This document shows, piece after piece, positions 9,303 to 18,536 of a stretch of 64,000 nt of DNA. How positions within the stretch are numbered: the first letter of the stretch is position 1; every line of letters begins with the position of its first letter. This DNA comes from an uncultured Thermoleophilaceae bacterium. Lineage in GTDB: Bacteria; Actinomycetota; Thermoleophilia; Solirubrobacterales; Thermoleophilaceae. Position numbers and translations under genes: made by a program. Under the pieces are notes generated by a model. That model was not told the DNA's origin and searched no databases. It saw only the letters and a program-made list of their open reading frames with translations. The DNA is taken from the NCBI GenBank assembly GCA_963733885.1, contig CAVTES010000002.1, positions 43,896-107,895 of the forward strand, in the 5' to 3' direction.

Positions 9303-9980
9303 TCAGGAGTATGCGAGAGCACGCGCCCTTGCGAAGACGGCGTCCAGCATCGCCTCCGTGAGCTTGCCGGTGAAGGTGTTCTGCTGGCTCGGGTGGTAGG
9401 TGCCGAGCAGGATCCGTCCGCCGTCCACGACGTGCTCGGCCCCGTGGCCGAAGCGCGGGCGCGGACGCAGCGCGAGCAGCCGGCAGGCGGCATCCCACGC
9501 GTAGGCGCCCAGGCAGACGATCACCGCCGGGCGGATCAGCTCGAGCTCCTCGGCGGCGTATGGCAGGCAGTTGTCGCGCTCCACCGGCAGCGGCCGGTTC
9601 GCGGGTGGGGCGCAGCGGACCGCCGCCGCTATCCACGCGCCGTCGAGCCGCAGGCCGTCGTCGCGGTGGACCGACGTGGGCTGGTTCGCGAAGCCGGTGC
9701 GGTGGAGCGAGCCGAACAGCCAGTCGCCCGAGCGGTCCCCGGTGAAGACGCGCCCGGTGCGGTTGCCGCCGTGGGCGGCGGGGGCGAGGCCGAGGACGAA
9801 CACGGCCGCGTCCGGGTCGCCGAAGCCGGGCACGGGGCGGCCCCAGTAGGTCTCGTCCCGGAAGGCGGCACGCTTCTCCCGGGCGACCCGCTCGCGCCAC
9901 TCGACCAGCCGCGGGCACTTCCGGCAGCGGGTGACCCGCTGCTCTACGCCTTCAAGCGCCGGCCGGTCGTGAACAGCCAC
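9303..9980 (-). CDS. udgB: Family 5 uracil-DNA glycosylase (UdgB type)
   Basis: ORF 9303..10409 trimmed to the GTG at 9980, just past the upstream permease stop. Motifs: CRKCPRL, VLGLAPAAHGGNRTGRVFTGDRSGDWL (GLAPA motif of family 5), HPSQQN. Confidence 0.85.
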   Translation of the reverse strand: MAVHDRPALEGVEQRVTRCRKCPRLVEWRERVAREKRAAFRDETYWGRPVPGFGDPDAAVFVLGLAPAAHGGNRTGRVFTGDRSGDWLFGSLHRTGFANQPTSVHRDDGLRLDGAWIAAAVRCAPPANRPLPVERDNCLPYAAEELELIRPAVIVCLGAYAWDAACRLLALRPRPRFGHGAEHVVDGGRILLGTYHPSQQNTFTGKLTEAMLDAVFARARALAYS

Positions 9981-10699
9981 TGGGACCACGCGTATACCGG
10001 CAGCGCCAGCGCCGCGGTCACGCCGAGCGAGAGCCAGACCGACACGTCGCTCTCGCCCAGGAATCCGAAGCGCACGGCGTTGACGAGGTAGAAGACCGGG
10101 TTGAAGTGCGAAAGCTCCTCCCACGGCGAGGGGAGCACGTCGACCGAGTAGAACACGCCGCCCACGAACGCCAGCGGCAGGATCACGATGTTGGAGATGA
10201 ACGTGGTGTGGTCCCAGACCTCGGCGTAGATCCCCACCACCACGCCGAGCGCGCTGAACAGCACGAGCCCGAGCGTCACGGCGCCCAGCAGGGCGAAGGG
10301 CCGCTCGACCGGCACGTCCACCAGGACCACCGCCAGCAGGAGCAGCGAGACCCCGATCGCCAGAGCGCGGAAGACGCCGCCGACCGTGAAGCCGAGCGTC
10401 ATCTGCCAAGGGCGCATCGGCGCGGACAGCACGTCGTGGATGTAGCGGTCGAAGCGCGCCTGGAAGATCGACGACGCGTTGTTGGCGTAGGCCGCCTGGA
10501 CCATCCCCATCGTGATCAGCCCGGGAACGATGAAGACCTCGTAGTCCACGTCGCTCACCTGGTTGATCCGCCCGCCGAGCGACAGCCCGAATACGAGGAT
10601 GAACAGGATCGACGAGATCACGGGCGCCAGAACCGTCTGTGTCCAGAGCTTCGACACGCGCAGCGTCTCGCGCTTGCAGAGCCAGACGAGCCCGCTCAC
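9944..10699 (-). CDS. ABC-2 type exporter permease
   Basis: ORF 9944..10900 trimmed to the GTG at 10699, which overlaps the ATPase stop (GTGA). Six hydrophobic helices and ABC-2 family character. Confidence 0.85.
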   Translation of the reverse strand: MSGLVWLCKRETLRVSKLWTQTVLAPVISSILFILVFGLSLGGRINQVSDVDYEVFIVPGLITMGMVQAAYANNASSIFQARFDRYIHDVLSAPMRPWQMTLGFTVGGVFRALAIGVSLLLLAVVLVDVPVERPFALLGAVTLGLVLFSALGVVVGIYAEVWDHTTFISNIVILPLAFVGGVFYSVDVLPSPWEELSHFNPVFYLVNAVRFGFLGESDVSVWLSLGVTAALALPVYAWSQWLFTTGRRLKA

Positions 10700-11421
10700 G
10701 ACGCCATGGCCTTGACGTACACGTCCTGAAGCCGGTTGGCGCCGAAGTGCTCGCGCAGGCCCTCGGCGGTGTTGCGCGCGATGAGGCGGCCGCCTCGGAT
10801 CAAGGCGATCTCGTCGCAGAGCCCCTCGGCCTCCTCCAGGTAGTGCGTGGTGAGGAGGATGGTGGTGCCCTCTGCGTGGAGCCGGCGGATATAGCGCCAT
10901 AGCTCCATGCGGAGCTCGAAGTCCACGCCGGCGGTCGGCTCGTCGAGGATGACGAGCCGCGGACGGTGCATCAGCGCCCGTGCGAGCAGCAGCCTGCGGC
11001 GCTGGCCGCCGGACAGCCTCGGCGCGCGGACGTCGCGCTTCGACTCGAGCCCGAAGGCGGCGATCATCTCATCGGCACGCGACTCCAGCTCGTCCATCCC
11101 GAAGTAGCCCCCGTGGTACACGAGCGTCTCGCGGACGGTGAGGAAGCGGTCCAGGTTGATGTCCTGCTCGGCCAGCCCGATCGAACGGCGGGCCTCCATT
11201 GTCTGGTGCGGATTCCCGAAGACGGAGATCTCGCCGTCGGTCACCCGCAGCAGGTTGCAGACTGCGCTGATGAGCGTGGTCTTTCCAGCTCCGTTCGGGC
11301 CCAGAAGGCCGAAGAAGGCGCCCGCTGGGATCTCGAGATCGAAGTTCTCGAGGGCGACGGTGCCGTCGTCGTAGTGCTTGGTGAGACTGCGCAGGCTGAG
11401 CGCGGGGTCGATCCGGAACAC
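10696..11421 (-). CDS. ABC transporter ATP-binding protein (ABC-2 exporter partner)
   Basis: Walker A GPNGAGKTT, signature LSGGQRRRL, Walker B LVILDEPT. Confidence 0.9.
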   Translation of the reverse strand: MFRIDPALSLRSLTKHYDDGTVALENFDLEIPAGAFFGLLGPNGAGKTTLISAVCNLLRVTDGEISVFGNPHQTMEARRSIGLAEQDINLDRFLTVRETLVYHGGYFGMDELESRADEMIAAFGLESKRDVRAPRLSGGQRRRLLLARALMHRPRLVILDEPTAGVDFELRMELWRYIRRLHAEGTTILLTTHYLEEAEGLCDEIALIRGGRLIARNTAEGLREHFGANRLQDVYVKAMAS

Positions 11422-11464
11422 CCGATCGAGACTATCGACGACCCTGCCGACGGGGACTCAGCTA

Positions 11465-12448
11465 CTAGCTCAGGGCCCGCCCGTATTGCCTCTCGTAGTA
11501 CTCGCGGTACTCGCCTGACCGGATCGGCGCCCACCAAGCCTCGTTCTCGCGGTACCAGTCGACCGTCTGGCGCAGGCCGTCCTCGAAGCCGGTCTCGGCC
11601 TCCCAGCCGAGCTCTGCGGCGAGCTTGGCGCTCGACAGCGAGTAGCGCCGGTCGTGGCCGGGACGATCGGTCACGTGCTCGATCAGCGACTCGTCGGCGC
11701 CGGTGAGCTCGAGGATGCGCCGGACCACCTCGAGGTTGTCGCACTCGTCCGGCCCGCCGATGTTGTATGCCTCGCCCCCGCGGCCGCGCTCGAGCACTGC
11801 CAGGATGCCGCGGCAGAAGTCCTCGACGTACAGCCAGTTGCGCACCTGGCGGCCGTCCCCGTAGACGGGCAGCGGGTCGCCGTGGAGGGCGTTCAGGATC
11901 ATCAGCGGGATCAGCTTCTCGGGGTACTGGCGCGGGCCGTAGTTGTTCGAGCCGCGGCAGATGACCGCCTCGATCCCGTGCGTGTGGGCGTGGGCCGAGA
12001 CGAGCAGGTCGCCGCCCGCTTTGGTCGCCGAGTAGGGGGAGGAGGGGTCGAGCGGCGAGGTCTCGGTGAACGAGCCGTCCTCGATCGAGCCGTACACCTC
12101 GTCGGTCGAAACCTGGAGGAAGCGGGTGATATTGCGCTGCCGCACGGCATCCAGCAGCACGCCGGTGCCGATCACGTGGGTGCGGGCGAATGCGTTCTGA
12201 TCCGCGATCGAGCGGTCCACGTGCGACTCGGCGGCGAAGTTCACGATCGCGTCCACGCCCTCGGCCAGCTCGAGCACGAGGTCCCGGTCCTCGATCGCCC
12301 CCACCACCAGGTCCACGTGGTCGGGCAGGTTCTCGCGCCGGCCGGCGTACGTCAGCTTGTCGAGCACGACGATGTCGTTGTCCGGGTGCAGCATGTGCAC
12401 GAAGGTGGAGCCGATGAAGCCTGCGGCACCGGTCACGAGCAGCCTCAC
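11465..12448 (-). CDS. rmlB: dTDP-glucose 4,6-dehydratase
   Basis: LVTGAAGFIGS Rossmann motif, SPYSATK catalytic YxxxK, full-length similarity to RfbB/RmlB. The GTG start overlaps the rmlD stop (GTGA). Confidence 0.92.
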   Translation of the reverse strand: MRLLVTGAAGFIGSTFVHMLHPDNDIVVLDKLTYAGRRENLPDHVDLVVGAIEDRDLVLELAEGVDAIVNFAAESHVDRSIADQNAFARTHVIGTGVLLDAVRQRNITRFLQVSTDEVYGSIEDGSFTETSPLDPSSPYSATKAGGDLLVSAHAHTHGIEAVICRGSNNYGPRQYPEKLIPLMILNALHGDPLPVYGDGRQVRNWLYVEDFCRGILAVLERGRGGEAYNIGGPDECDNLEVVRRILELTGADESLIEHVTDRPGHDRRYSLSSAKLAAELGWEAETGFEDGLRQTVDWYRENEAWWAPIRSGEYREYYERQYGRALS

Positions 12449-13230
12449 ACCCGCACCCCCATGTAGGCCTCGAGCCCCTCGCGCCAGTCGGGCAGGCGGT
12501 GGCCGCGCTCGCTCGCGATCACGGAGTATGCGGGACGGGGCGCCGGGCGCGGGAAATCGGCCGTGGTGCAGGGCTTCACACGGGTGTCAACGGCTGCCCG
12601 GGCGAAGATCTCGCGCGCGAACTCGTACCAGGAGCAGGAGCCCGACGCGGCCATGTGGTGCACCCCGTAGTCCTCGGTGGCGGCCAGCCGCACGAGCGCG
12701 TCGGCGAGGTGGCCGGTGAAGGTGGGGCAGCCCACCTGGTCATCCACCACGCGCACCTCCGGGCCGAGCCCCAGCATGGTCTCGACGAAGTTGCGCCCGC
12801 CCGGCCCGAACAGCCACGAGGAGCGCACCACGAAGTGCCGCGGGTTGGCCTCGGCCGTCGACCGCTCCCCCGCGAGCTTGGAGCGGCCGTAGGCGGACAG
12901 CGGGTCGGTGGGGTCGCTCTCCACGTACGGCTCCGTCTTTCGCCCGTCGAACACGTAGTCGCTCGAGACGTACACCACGGCGGCGGCCGCCTCCGCGACG
13001 TTGCGGGCGCCGTCGCCGTTTACCCGGGTGGCCTCCTCCTCGTGCTCCTCGGCGCCGTCCACGTCCGTCCAGGCGGCGCAGTTGAACACGAGGTCGCTGG
13101 GCGCGATCACATCGCGGACCGCGGCCCGGTCGGTCACGTCGAGCTCGGCGCGCGTCAGCGCCACCCCGCCGGCCAGCCGGGCGACGTCCTGGCCGAGCAT
13201 TCCGCCCGCCCCGGTGACGACGGTCCTCAC
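12445..13230 (-). CDS. rmlD: dTDP-4-dehydrorhamnose reductase
   Basis: ORF 12445..14157 trimmed to the GTG at 13230 (VRTVVTGAGGMLGQ). Motifs NCAAWTDVD and SAYGRSKLAGE. The upstream 300 aa of the track ORF is Arg/Pro-rich junk antisense to other genes. Confidence 0.88.
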   Translation of the reverse strand: MRTVVTGAGGMLGQDVARLAGGVALTRAELDVTDRAAVRDVIAPSDLVFNCAAWTDVDGAEEHEEEATRVNGDGARNVAEAAAAVVYVSSDYVFDGRKTEPYVESDPTDPLSAYGRSKLAGERSTAEANPRHFVVRSSWLFGPGGRNFVETMLGLGPEVRVVDDQVGCPTFTGHLADALVRLAATEDYGVHHMAASGSCSWYEFAREIFARAAVDTRVKPCTTADFPRPAPRPAYSVIASERGHRLPDWREGLEAYMGVRV

Positions 13231-13307
13231 GGGGCAGAGGATGTCAGGGCGCGAGTCCCGAAGCGGTCGCGGGCATTGGCCGCGCCGCAACAGCGTACGA
13301 TCGACCG

Positions 13308-13652
13308 ATGGACGCGGAACGTGCACACAGTCTGCTCGCGCAGCACCGGGAGCGGGTGCAGAAGCAGCTAGCCGCAACCACGCAGCGTGAGGACGAGGAG
13401 GAGCTTTCGCACGCCGACCAGCACATGGCCGACGATGCCCAGTTCCTAGCCGACGAGGAGGTGGACGAGGGACTCCGCGAGCGGCTGCAGGAAGAGTTCG
13501 AGGCAATCGAGCGCGCCGAGCGACGACTCGCCGAGGGAAGCTACGGGCGCTCGGTCGAGAGCGGCGAGCCCATTCCGGACGAGCGGCTCGAAGCGATCCC
13601 CTGGGCCGAGCGGACAGCGGAGGAGCAGAGCCGCTACGAGCGCGGCGTCTGA
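13308..13652 (+). CDS. DksA/TraR-like protein lacking the zinc-finger cysteines
   Basis: 114 aa with an acidic coiled-coil N-terminus. The C-terminus AIERAERRLAEGSYGRSVESGEPIPDERLEAIPWAERTAEEQ follows the DksA/TraR C4 pattern, but R, S, E and T occupy the Cys positions. Confidence 0.6.
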   Translation: MDAERAHSLLAQHRERVQKQLAATTQREDEEELSHADQHMADDAQFLADEEVDEGLRERLQEEFEAIERAERRLAEGSYGRSVESGEPIPDERLEAIPWAERTAEEQSRYERGV

Positions 13653-13655
13653 CGC

Positions 13656-14720
13656 TCAGAGGATCTGAACGTCGGCGCTGTCGCCGACCACGAAGCGATA
13701 CGCCTTCGGCAGCGCCGGGCCTCGCCCGATTCGGACGTTCTTTCCGATGAGGCTTGCCTCGATCCGATACTCGAGGTCCGAGATCGCCGAACCGGACATC
13801 ACGATCGAGTGCTCCAGCTCCGCCTTCTCGATCGTCACGTCGTCGCCGACCGAGGTGTAGGGGCCGATGTAGGCGTCGGTCAGGCGGGATCCACGCCCCA
13901 CGATGGCGGGCCCGCGCACGGTGGTCCGCTCGAGCCGGGCCCCCTCGGCGATCACCACCCGTCCCTCGACACGGGACTCCACGAGCTCGCCATCCACCTG
14001 CTCCATCAGGTCGTCGAGGATCAGCCGGTTGGCCTCGAGCATGTCCTGGACCTGGCCTGTGTCCTTCCACCAGCCGTGCACGATGTGGGGGTCCACGCGC
14101 TTGCCGCCGTCGACGAGCGTCTGGATCGCGTCGGTGATCTCGAGCTCTCCGCGCCATGACGGCTCGATGGCGCGGGCCGCCTCGAAGATGGATGGGGTGA
14201 ACATGTACACGCCCACCAGCGCCAGGTCGGTCTTCGGCTCCTTCGGCTTCTCGACCAGCCGCGCCACCCGGCCGTCCACGAGCTCGGCCACGCCGTAGTG
14301 CTCGGGGTCGGGCACAGGGGTGAGCAGGATGAGCGCGTCGGGCTGTTCCGTGCGGAACGTGTCCACCAGGTCGACGATGCCGTTGCGGAGCAGGTTGTCG
14401 CCCAGGTACATGACGAAGGGCGAACCGCCCAGGAACGGCTCGGCCGTGAGGACCGCGTGGGCGAGGCCGAGCGGCTCGTCCTGCTCGATGTACTCGATGG
14501 AGGCGCCGAACCGCGACCCGTCGCCGGCCGCGGTGCGGATCTCGTCGCCCGTCTCGGGGGCGATGATGATGCCGACGTCACGGATCCCGGCGGCGGCCAT
14601 CGCCTCGATGCCATAGAAGAGCACCGGTTTGTTGGCGACCGGCACGAGCTGCTTCGCGCTCGTGTGGGTGAGGGGGCGCAGCCGGGTGCCCTTGCCGCCG
14701 GAGAGGATCAGTCCTTTCAT
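13656..14720 (-). CDS. rmlA: Glucose-1-phosphate thymidylyltransferase (long form)
   Basis: MKGLILSGGKGTRLRPLTHTSAKQLVPVANKP nucleotidyltransferase motif plus a C-terminal left-handed beta-helix region. Confidence 0.9.
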   Translation of the reverse strand: MKGLILSGGKGTRLRPLTHTSAKQLVPVANKPVLFYGIEAMAAAGIRDVGIIIAPETGDEIRTAAGDGSRFGASIEYIEQDEPLGLAHAVLTAEPFLGGSPFVMYLGDNLLRNGIVDLVDTFRTEQPDALILLTPVPDPEHYGVAELVDGRVARLVEKPKEPKTDLALVGVYMFTPSIFEAARAIEPSWRGELEITDAIQTLVDGGKRVDPHIVHGWWKDTGQVQDMLEANRLILDDLMEQVDGELVESRVEGRVVIAEGARLERTTVRGPAIVGRGSRLTDAYIGPYTSVGDDVTIEKAELEHSIVMSGSAISDLEYRIEASLIGKNVRIGRGPALPKAYRFVVGDSADVQIL

Positions 14721-15184
14721 CAGTACGCGCCTCCGAGCTTGCCATGGTCCCAGCTCACCACGCGCAAGGGAACGAAGCGCAGGCCGATCCGCTTGCGCGA
14801 CTGCCCCGCCACCAGCTCCCGGATCTCGGGGGTGAGCCCGCCGCCCGCGTACCGATCGAACAGCCGCAGCCCGTATCCCTCAACGAGCTCGGCGTCGCGC
14901 TCGATCTGCACGTCGCACTCGAACATCACGCCGCGCAGCTCGTGGTACTCCACCCCGTCCTCGATTCCGATCGTGGCGCGTGGGTCGCGCTCCAGGTTCT
15001 TCGCCTTCTGCGACTTCGCGTAGGTCCAGCCCACCAGCTCGAGGCCTTCGGAGACGAACCAGAGCGGGACCATGTGCGCCAGCCCCCGCGGCCCGACGGT
15101 GGCGCACTGCATGACCATCTGCTCGGCGAGGAACGCGTGTATCTCTTCGTCGGTCATCTCGATCTCGCTGCGGCGGGATGGCAT
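14720..15184 (-). CDS. Pyridoxamine 5'-phosphate oxidase family (PPOX / F420-FMN binding split-barrel) protein
   Basis: ORF 14720..15280 trimmed to the ATG at 15184 (MPSRRSEIEMTDEEIHAFL). QCATVGPRGLAHMVPLWF...KAKNLERDPRA is typical of the PPOX class. Confidence 0.72.
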   Translation of the reverse strand: MPSRRSEIEMTDEEIHAFLAEQMVMQCATVGPRGLAHMVPLWFVSEGLELVGWTYAKSQKAKNLERDPRATIGIEDGVEYHELRGVMFECDVQIERDAELVEGYGLRLFDRYAGGGLTPEIRELVAGQSRKRIGLRFVPLRVVSWDHGKLGGAY

Positions 15185-15372
15185 CTGTGCGGCAGGGTAT
15201 CCCCACCGGCTGCGCCTCACCGTCTCACGCTCGGGCTCAGTGTTGGCCGCAGGGGCAGAACTTCGTGTCGTTTGACGCAAATAGGGGTAGTTCGCGGGTT
15301 AACCCTCGGGGGTGAGGGGGACCCAAGCCGCAGTGCCCGGCCCAGCCGTGCGCACGCGGCTCGCATCATCGC

Positions 15373-17406
15373 TCAGCGTCTGGCGGCGCCCGCCAAGCTC
15401 TCGGCGGCTTCGAGAACTGCATGGCGGGCGTCGTCAGGCTCAAGCACCACGGCGTCGCCGGCGTCCTTGAGGATCTCGCGCGCCAGGAAGCGGTGGCCTG
15501 CGAACGGCATCTCGACGATCACGGCGCCGTCCTCCAGCTCCTCGACCACACGCCTCTCCTCGCGCGCCCAGCGCGCCGGTTCGGGCGCGACCCAGACACG
15601 CGCGATGCGAGAGTCGGCCACTTCGCCTGTGCTGGGCCACCCGTGGATGTCTGGCTCGATCCCCGGCCGCGGCTCGAAGCCCTCGTCCAGCACAGTCGCC
15701 GAGCGGATCCGGTCGAGGCGGAAGGAGCGCGTGTCCTCCTTGTCCGGGTCCCAGGTGTGGACGTACCAGCCCTCCTGGCCGTTCATGAGCTTGTAGGGCT
15801 CCACCCGGCGGGTCGTGAACTCGTCGAGCTCCTCCTTGTAGTGCTCGAACTCGAGCAGCCGGCGCTCGGAGATGGCGCGGCTGACCACGCGCGCGACCTC
15901 GGAGTCGTCGCCCTTGGCAGTGGTGATCTGGAGGCCCTCTTGAGCGGGGTCGCGGCCGAGCGCGTCCACGATCTTCTGGCGCGCGGTAGCCAGCGAACCC
16001 TCGGGCAGGTGCTCGCCGATGAAGTCGATCGCCGCGACGAGTGCCTTCGCCTCGAGCGGGAGCAGGCGGGCGGGCCGCGCGAAGTTGTCGCCGTAGGGCT
16101 CCGGGTCGACCTCGATCTGGTCCCCCTGAACCTCGGCGTACAGCACGTACGAGCCGCCTCCGAAGTTCACGACGTTCAGCACGTCGATGTCCTGGCGGAG
16201 CTCCTGCTCGCTCAGCTGGAGCCGCTCGCACAGCGCGGCCACGTCGAGCTTGTGCCCCTCGCGCGCAGCGTCGATCAGGATGCCCGCGAGCGTCACCAGC
16301 CGCGCGAAGCGCTCGGGCCGGATGGGCGACGACTCGCGGTCTTCGTCCTCTTCCGCCGGCTCCGGCGCGCGCTCCACCGGCGCGGCCAGCTCGGGGAGCT
16401 CGGAGTGGCGCTCGATCAGAGTCTCGAGCCGCTCGCGCGCCTCCGCCACCAGCTCGGGAGGCCCCTCCACGCGCGCGTGCTCGCCGAGCCCGAGCACCCA
16501 GGACACCATCTGGCGCGCGTTCGCGTAGTCGGTCTCGAAAATCACGCCGTCGTCCGCCTCGGTGACCTCCCCGGCGTGGCCGAAGTGGCGCAGAGCCAGC
16601 CAGTCGATCCGGTCGGACAGCCAGATGCGCGCCCGCCCGATCGGCTCGCCGAGCTGCCAGTCGGTGCGGATCGCGTAGTCACGCGGGTCGAAGTCCTCGG
16701 GGCGGTTGAAGTCGTGCTCGGCCTTTGAGGAGTAGCCGACCTTCCCCCGGATTCGCGAGACGCGGAACACCCGCAGCGCGCCACGCTCGTGCGACCAGCC
16801 GATCAGGTAGAACTGCCCGCCCCTGTACAGCAGGTGGTAGGGATCGACCTTGCGGCTCTCCTGCGCGTCGCGGCCGATCGTGTAGTAGTCGAACACGATC
16901 GTCTTGCGCCGGAAGATGGCGGTCTCGAGCTTCGAGAGGCGCTGCGACAGGTCGCGGCTACCGGCGCCGGCCTTCACGGCCAGGGTGACCGTGCGCTCCT
17001 CCGGCGCGTCGAGCGGGGAGGGCTTGCCCCACGACAGCTGCTGGAGCGCCAGGCGCAGCGGCTCCGCGTAGGCGAACTCGCCGTCGAGCAGCGAGAGCGA
17101 CATGCGCAGCGCGCCCAGCTCCTCGTCGGTGAACTCGATCGCGGAGAGGTAGAAGTTCTCGGGCGGGAGCGAGTAGTTCTCTGCCTCGTAGTAGCCCTCG
17201 GCGGGCTTGTCGACCTTGAGGTGGATGCCGAGCGACTCGAGCTCGGCGCGGTCGGCGTAGAAGCGGCGTGCGAAGGCCTCGTCGTTCATCTGCGAGTAGC
17301 CCTCGACGTCCTGCTTGATCTCGAGCGCTGACACCGGCCGCCGCTCCGCCATCAGGAAGGAGATCAGCGACAGCTGGCGGATCAGTTTTTCGGTGTCCTT
17401 CGCCAT
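15373..17406 (-). CDS. pafBC: Fused PafB-PafC-like transcriptional regulator (two HTH-WYL modules in one polypeptide)
   Basis: Start MAKDTEKLIRQLSLISFLM at 17406, inside track ORF 15373..18501. First module has WYL-type GGQFYLIGWSHERGALRVFRVSRI. Second module (RFARLVTLAGILID...) has GQEGWYVHTWDPDKEDTRSFRLDRI. An acidic linker joins them. Confidence 0.85.
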   Translation of the reverse strand: MAKDTEKLIRQLSLISFLMAERRPVSALEIKQDVEGYSQMNDEAFARRFYADRAELESLGIHLKVDKPAEGYYEAENYSLPPENFYLSAIEFTDEELGALRMSLSLLDGEFAYAEPLRLALQQLSWGKPSPLDAPEERTVTLAVKAGAGSRDLSQRLSKLETAIFRRKTIVFDYYTIGRDAQESRKVDPYHLLYRGGQFYLIGWSHERGALRVFRVSRIRGKVGYSSKAEHDFNRPEDFDPRDYAIRTDWQLGEPIGRARIWLSDRIDWLALRHFGHAGEVTEADDGVIFETDYANARQMVSWVLGLGEHARVEGPPELVAEARERLETLIERHSELPELAAPVERAPEPAEEDEDRESSPIRPERFARLVTLAGILIDAAREGHKLDVAALCERLQLSEQELRQDIDVLNVVNFGGGSYVLYAEVQGDQIEVDPEPYGDNFARPARLLPLEAKALVAAIDFIGEHLPEGSLATARQKIVDALGRDPAQEGLQITTAKGDDSEVARVVSRAISERRLLEFEHYKEELDEFTTRRVEPYKLMNGQEGWYVHTWDPDKEDTRSFRLDRIRSATVLDEGFEPRPGIEPDIHGWPSTGEVADSRIARVWVAPEPARWAREERRVVEELEDGAVIVEMPFAGHRFLAREILKDAGDAVVLEPDDARHAVLEAAESLAGAARR

Positions 17407-17489
17407 CGACGTCACGAGCATAAGCGGGAAACCCGGGCACAGCCGCCCCCGTTGTGCGGGCGTTCGCAATTTGCGCACCTGGCCGAGGG

Positions 17490-18501
17490 CTACGCGGCGC
17501 GCGGCGCGAAGTACGCGGACGTGGCGATCCCGCGGTCGAAGTCGGACCAGCGCGCGCCGTCGGCGAGCGTGCGCTCGATCCGGTCGAAGCTCCCCAGGTT
17601 GCCGCCCAGGTTGTCGATGAAGTGCACGAGCGTGGCCTCGCGCGTGCAGGGCACGACCGGGCTGCCGTGCTCGAGCTTGCCGTGGTGGCTCAGGACGATG
17701 TGGAGCAGCGCGTCCGCGTCCTCCTGCGGGAAGCCGTCGATGTCCTCGATGGCGCGCCGGACCATGTAGTAGCCGAGCGGCGATCTCGCCGAGCAGCTTG
17801 CCGGCGTCGGTCAGCTCGATCGCGCCGTTGAGCGAGCTGTAGGCCTCGACCTTGCCGATGTCATGCAGGAGTGCGCCGGACACGGCGACGTCGCGGTCGA
17901 TGCCGGGGAACTTTGCGGCGAGCGCGCTCACGCCCTCGGCCACCGAGAGGCAGTGCTCAAGCAGCCCGTGCCGGTAGGCCTGGTGGTAGTACTTGGCCGC
18001 GGGCGCCTCGTGGTACTCCGGGCCGATCAGGTGGCCGAGCAGGTCGCGAAGGTGGGGCCGCTGGATGGTCTCGACGAGCGAGTCGAGGTCGGCGCACAGC
18101 TGCGCGTACGGGACCGGCGAGCCCTCCATGAGGTCGGCCAGCGCGTACTCGCCTTCGGCGGCGGCGCGCATCCGCTTGATCGTGAGCGCACCGCCGTAGC
18201 GCTCGTCGACGCAGTAGAGGCCCAGGACGCGGACGATGGCGCCGCTCGAGCAGATTGGCGCGAGCCGGTCCACCTCGTCCCAGATCACGGCCTCGAGCGA
18301 CCCGGAGACGTCGCCCAGCCGGAGCTTCAGGAAGGTCTCGCCGTTGCGTCTCTGGCGCCGGCTGTGTGCCCTGACGACGAAGATCGAGTTGACCTCCTGA
18401 CCGTCGGTCAGGTCGCGTACGAAGCACTTCGTGGGCATGAGCGGGGGTTGCTCCATCGGCTGTGCCAAGGTAGTCCTGGATTCGGACGGGATAGGGTGCA
18501 C
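17490..18501 (-). pseudogene. OB-fold + HD-domain nuclease (YhaM-like) interrupted by a 1-nt frameshift
   Basis: The N-terminal part (FVRDLTDGQEVNSIFVV..., HD motif ALLHDIGKVEAY, TDAGKLLGEI) lies in one frame. The C-terminal part (PLGYYMVRRAIEDIDGFP...LLHIVLSHHGKLEHGSPV...VHFIDNL) is track ORF 17490..17765 in another frame. The junction at about 17781-17790 fits a single extra nucleotide. The start is uncertain (18501, 18456 or 18438). Confidence 0.75.
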
Positions 18502-18536
18502 GACGATGGAGTCGCCCCCCGACGGGAGCTTCTGAC

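Noticed and set aside
17407-17489. RecA-NDp-type promoter (TGTC.GTG-N8-TAnnnT) upstream of pafBC
   Set aside because: Only CTGTGCCCG ... TATGCT is present. It has a mismatch in the core and an 11-nt rather than 8-nt spacer, so it is not a convincing match.
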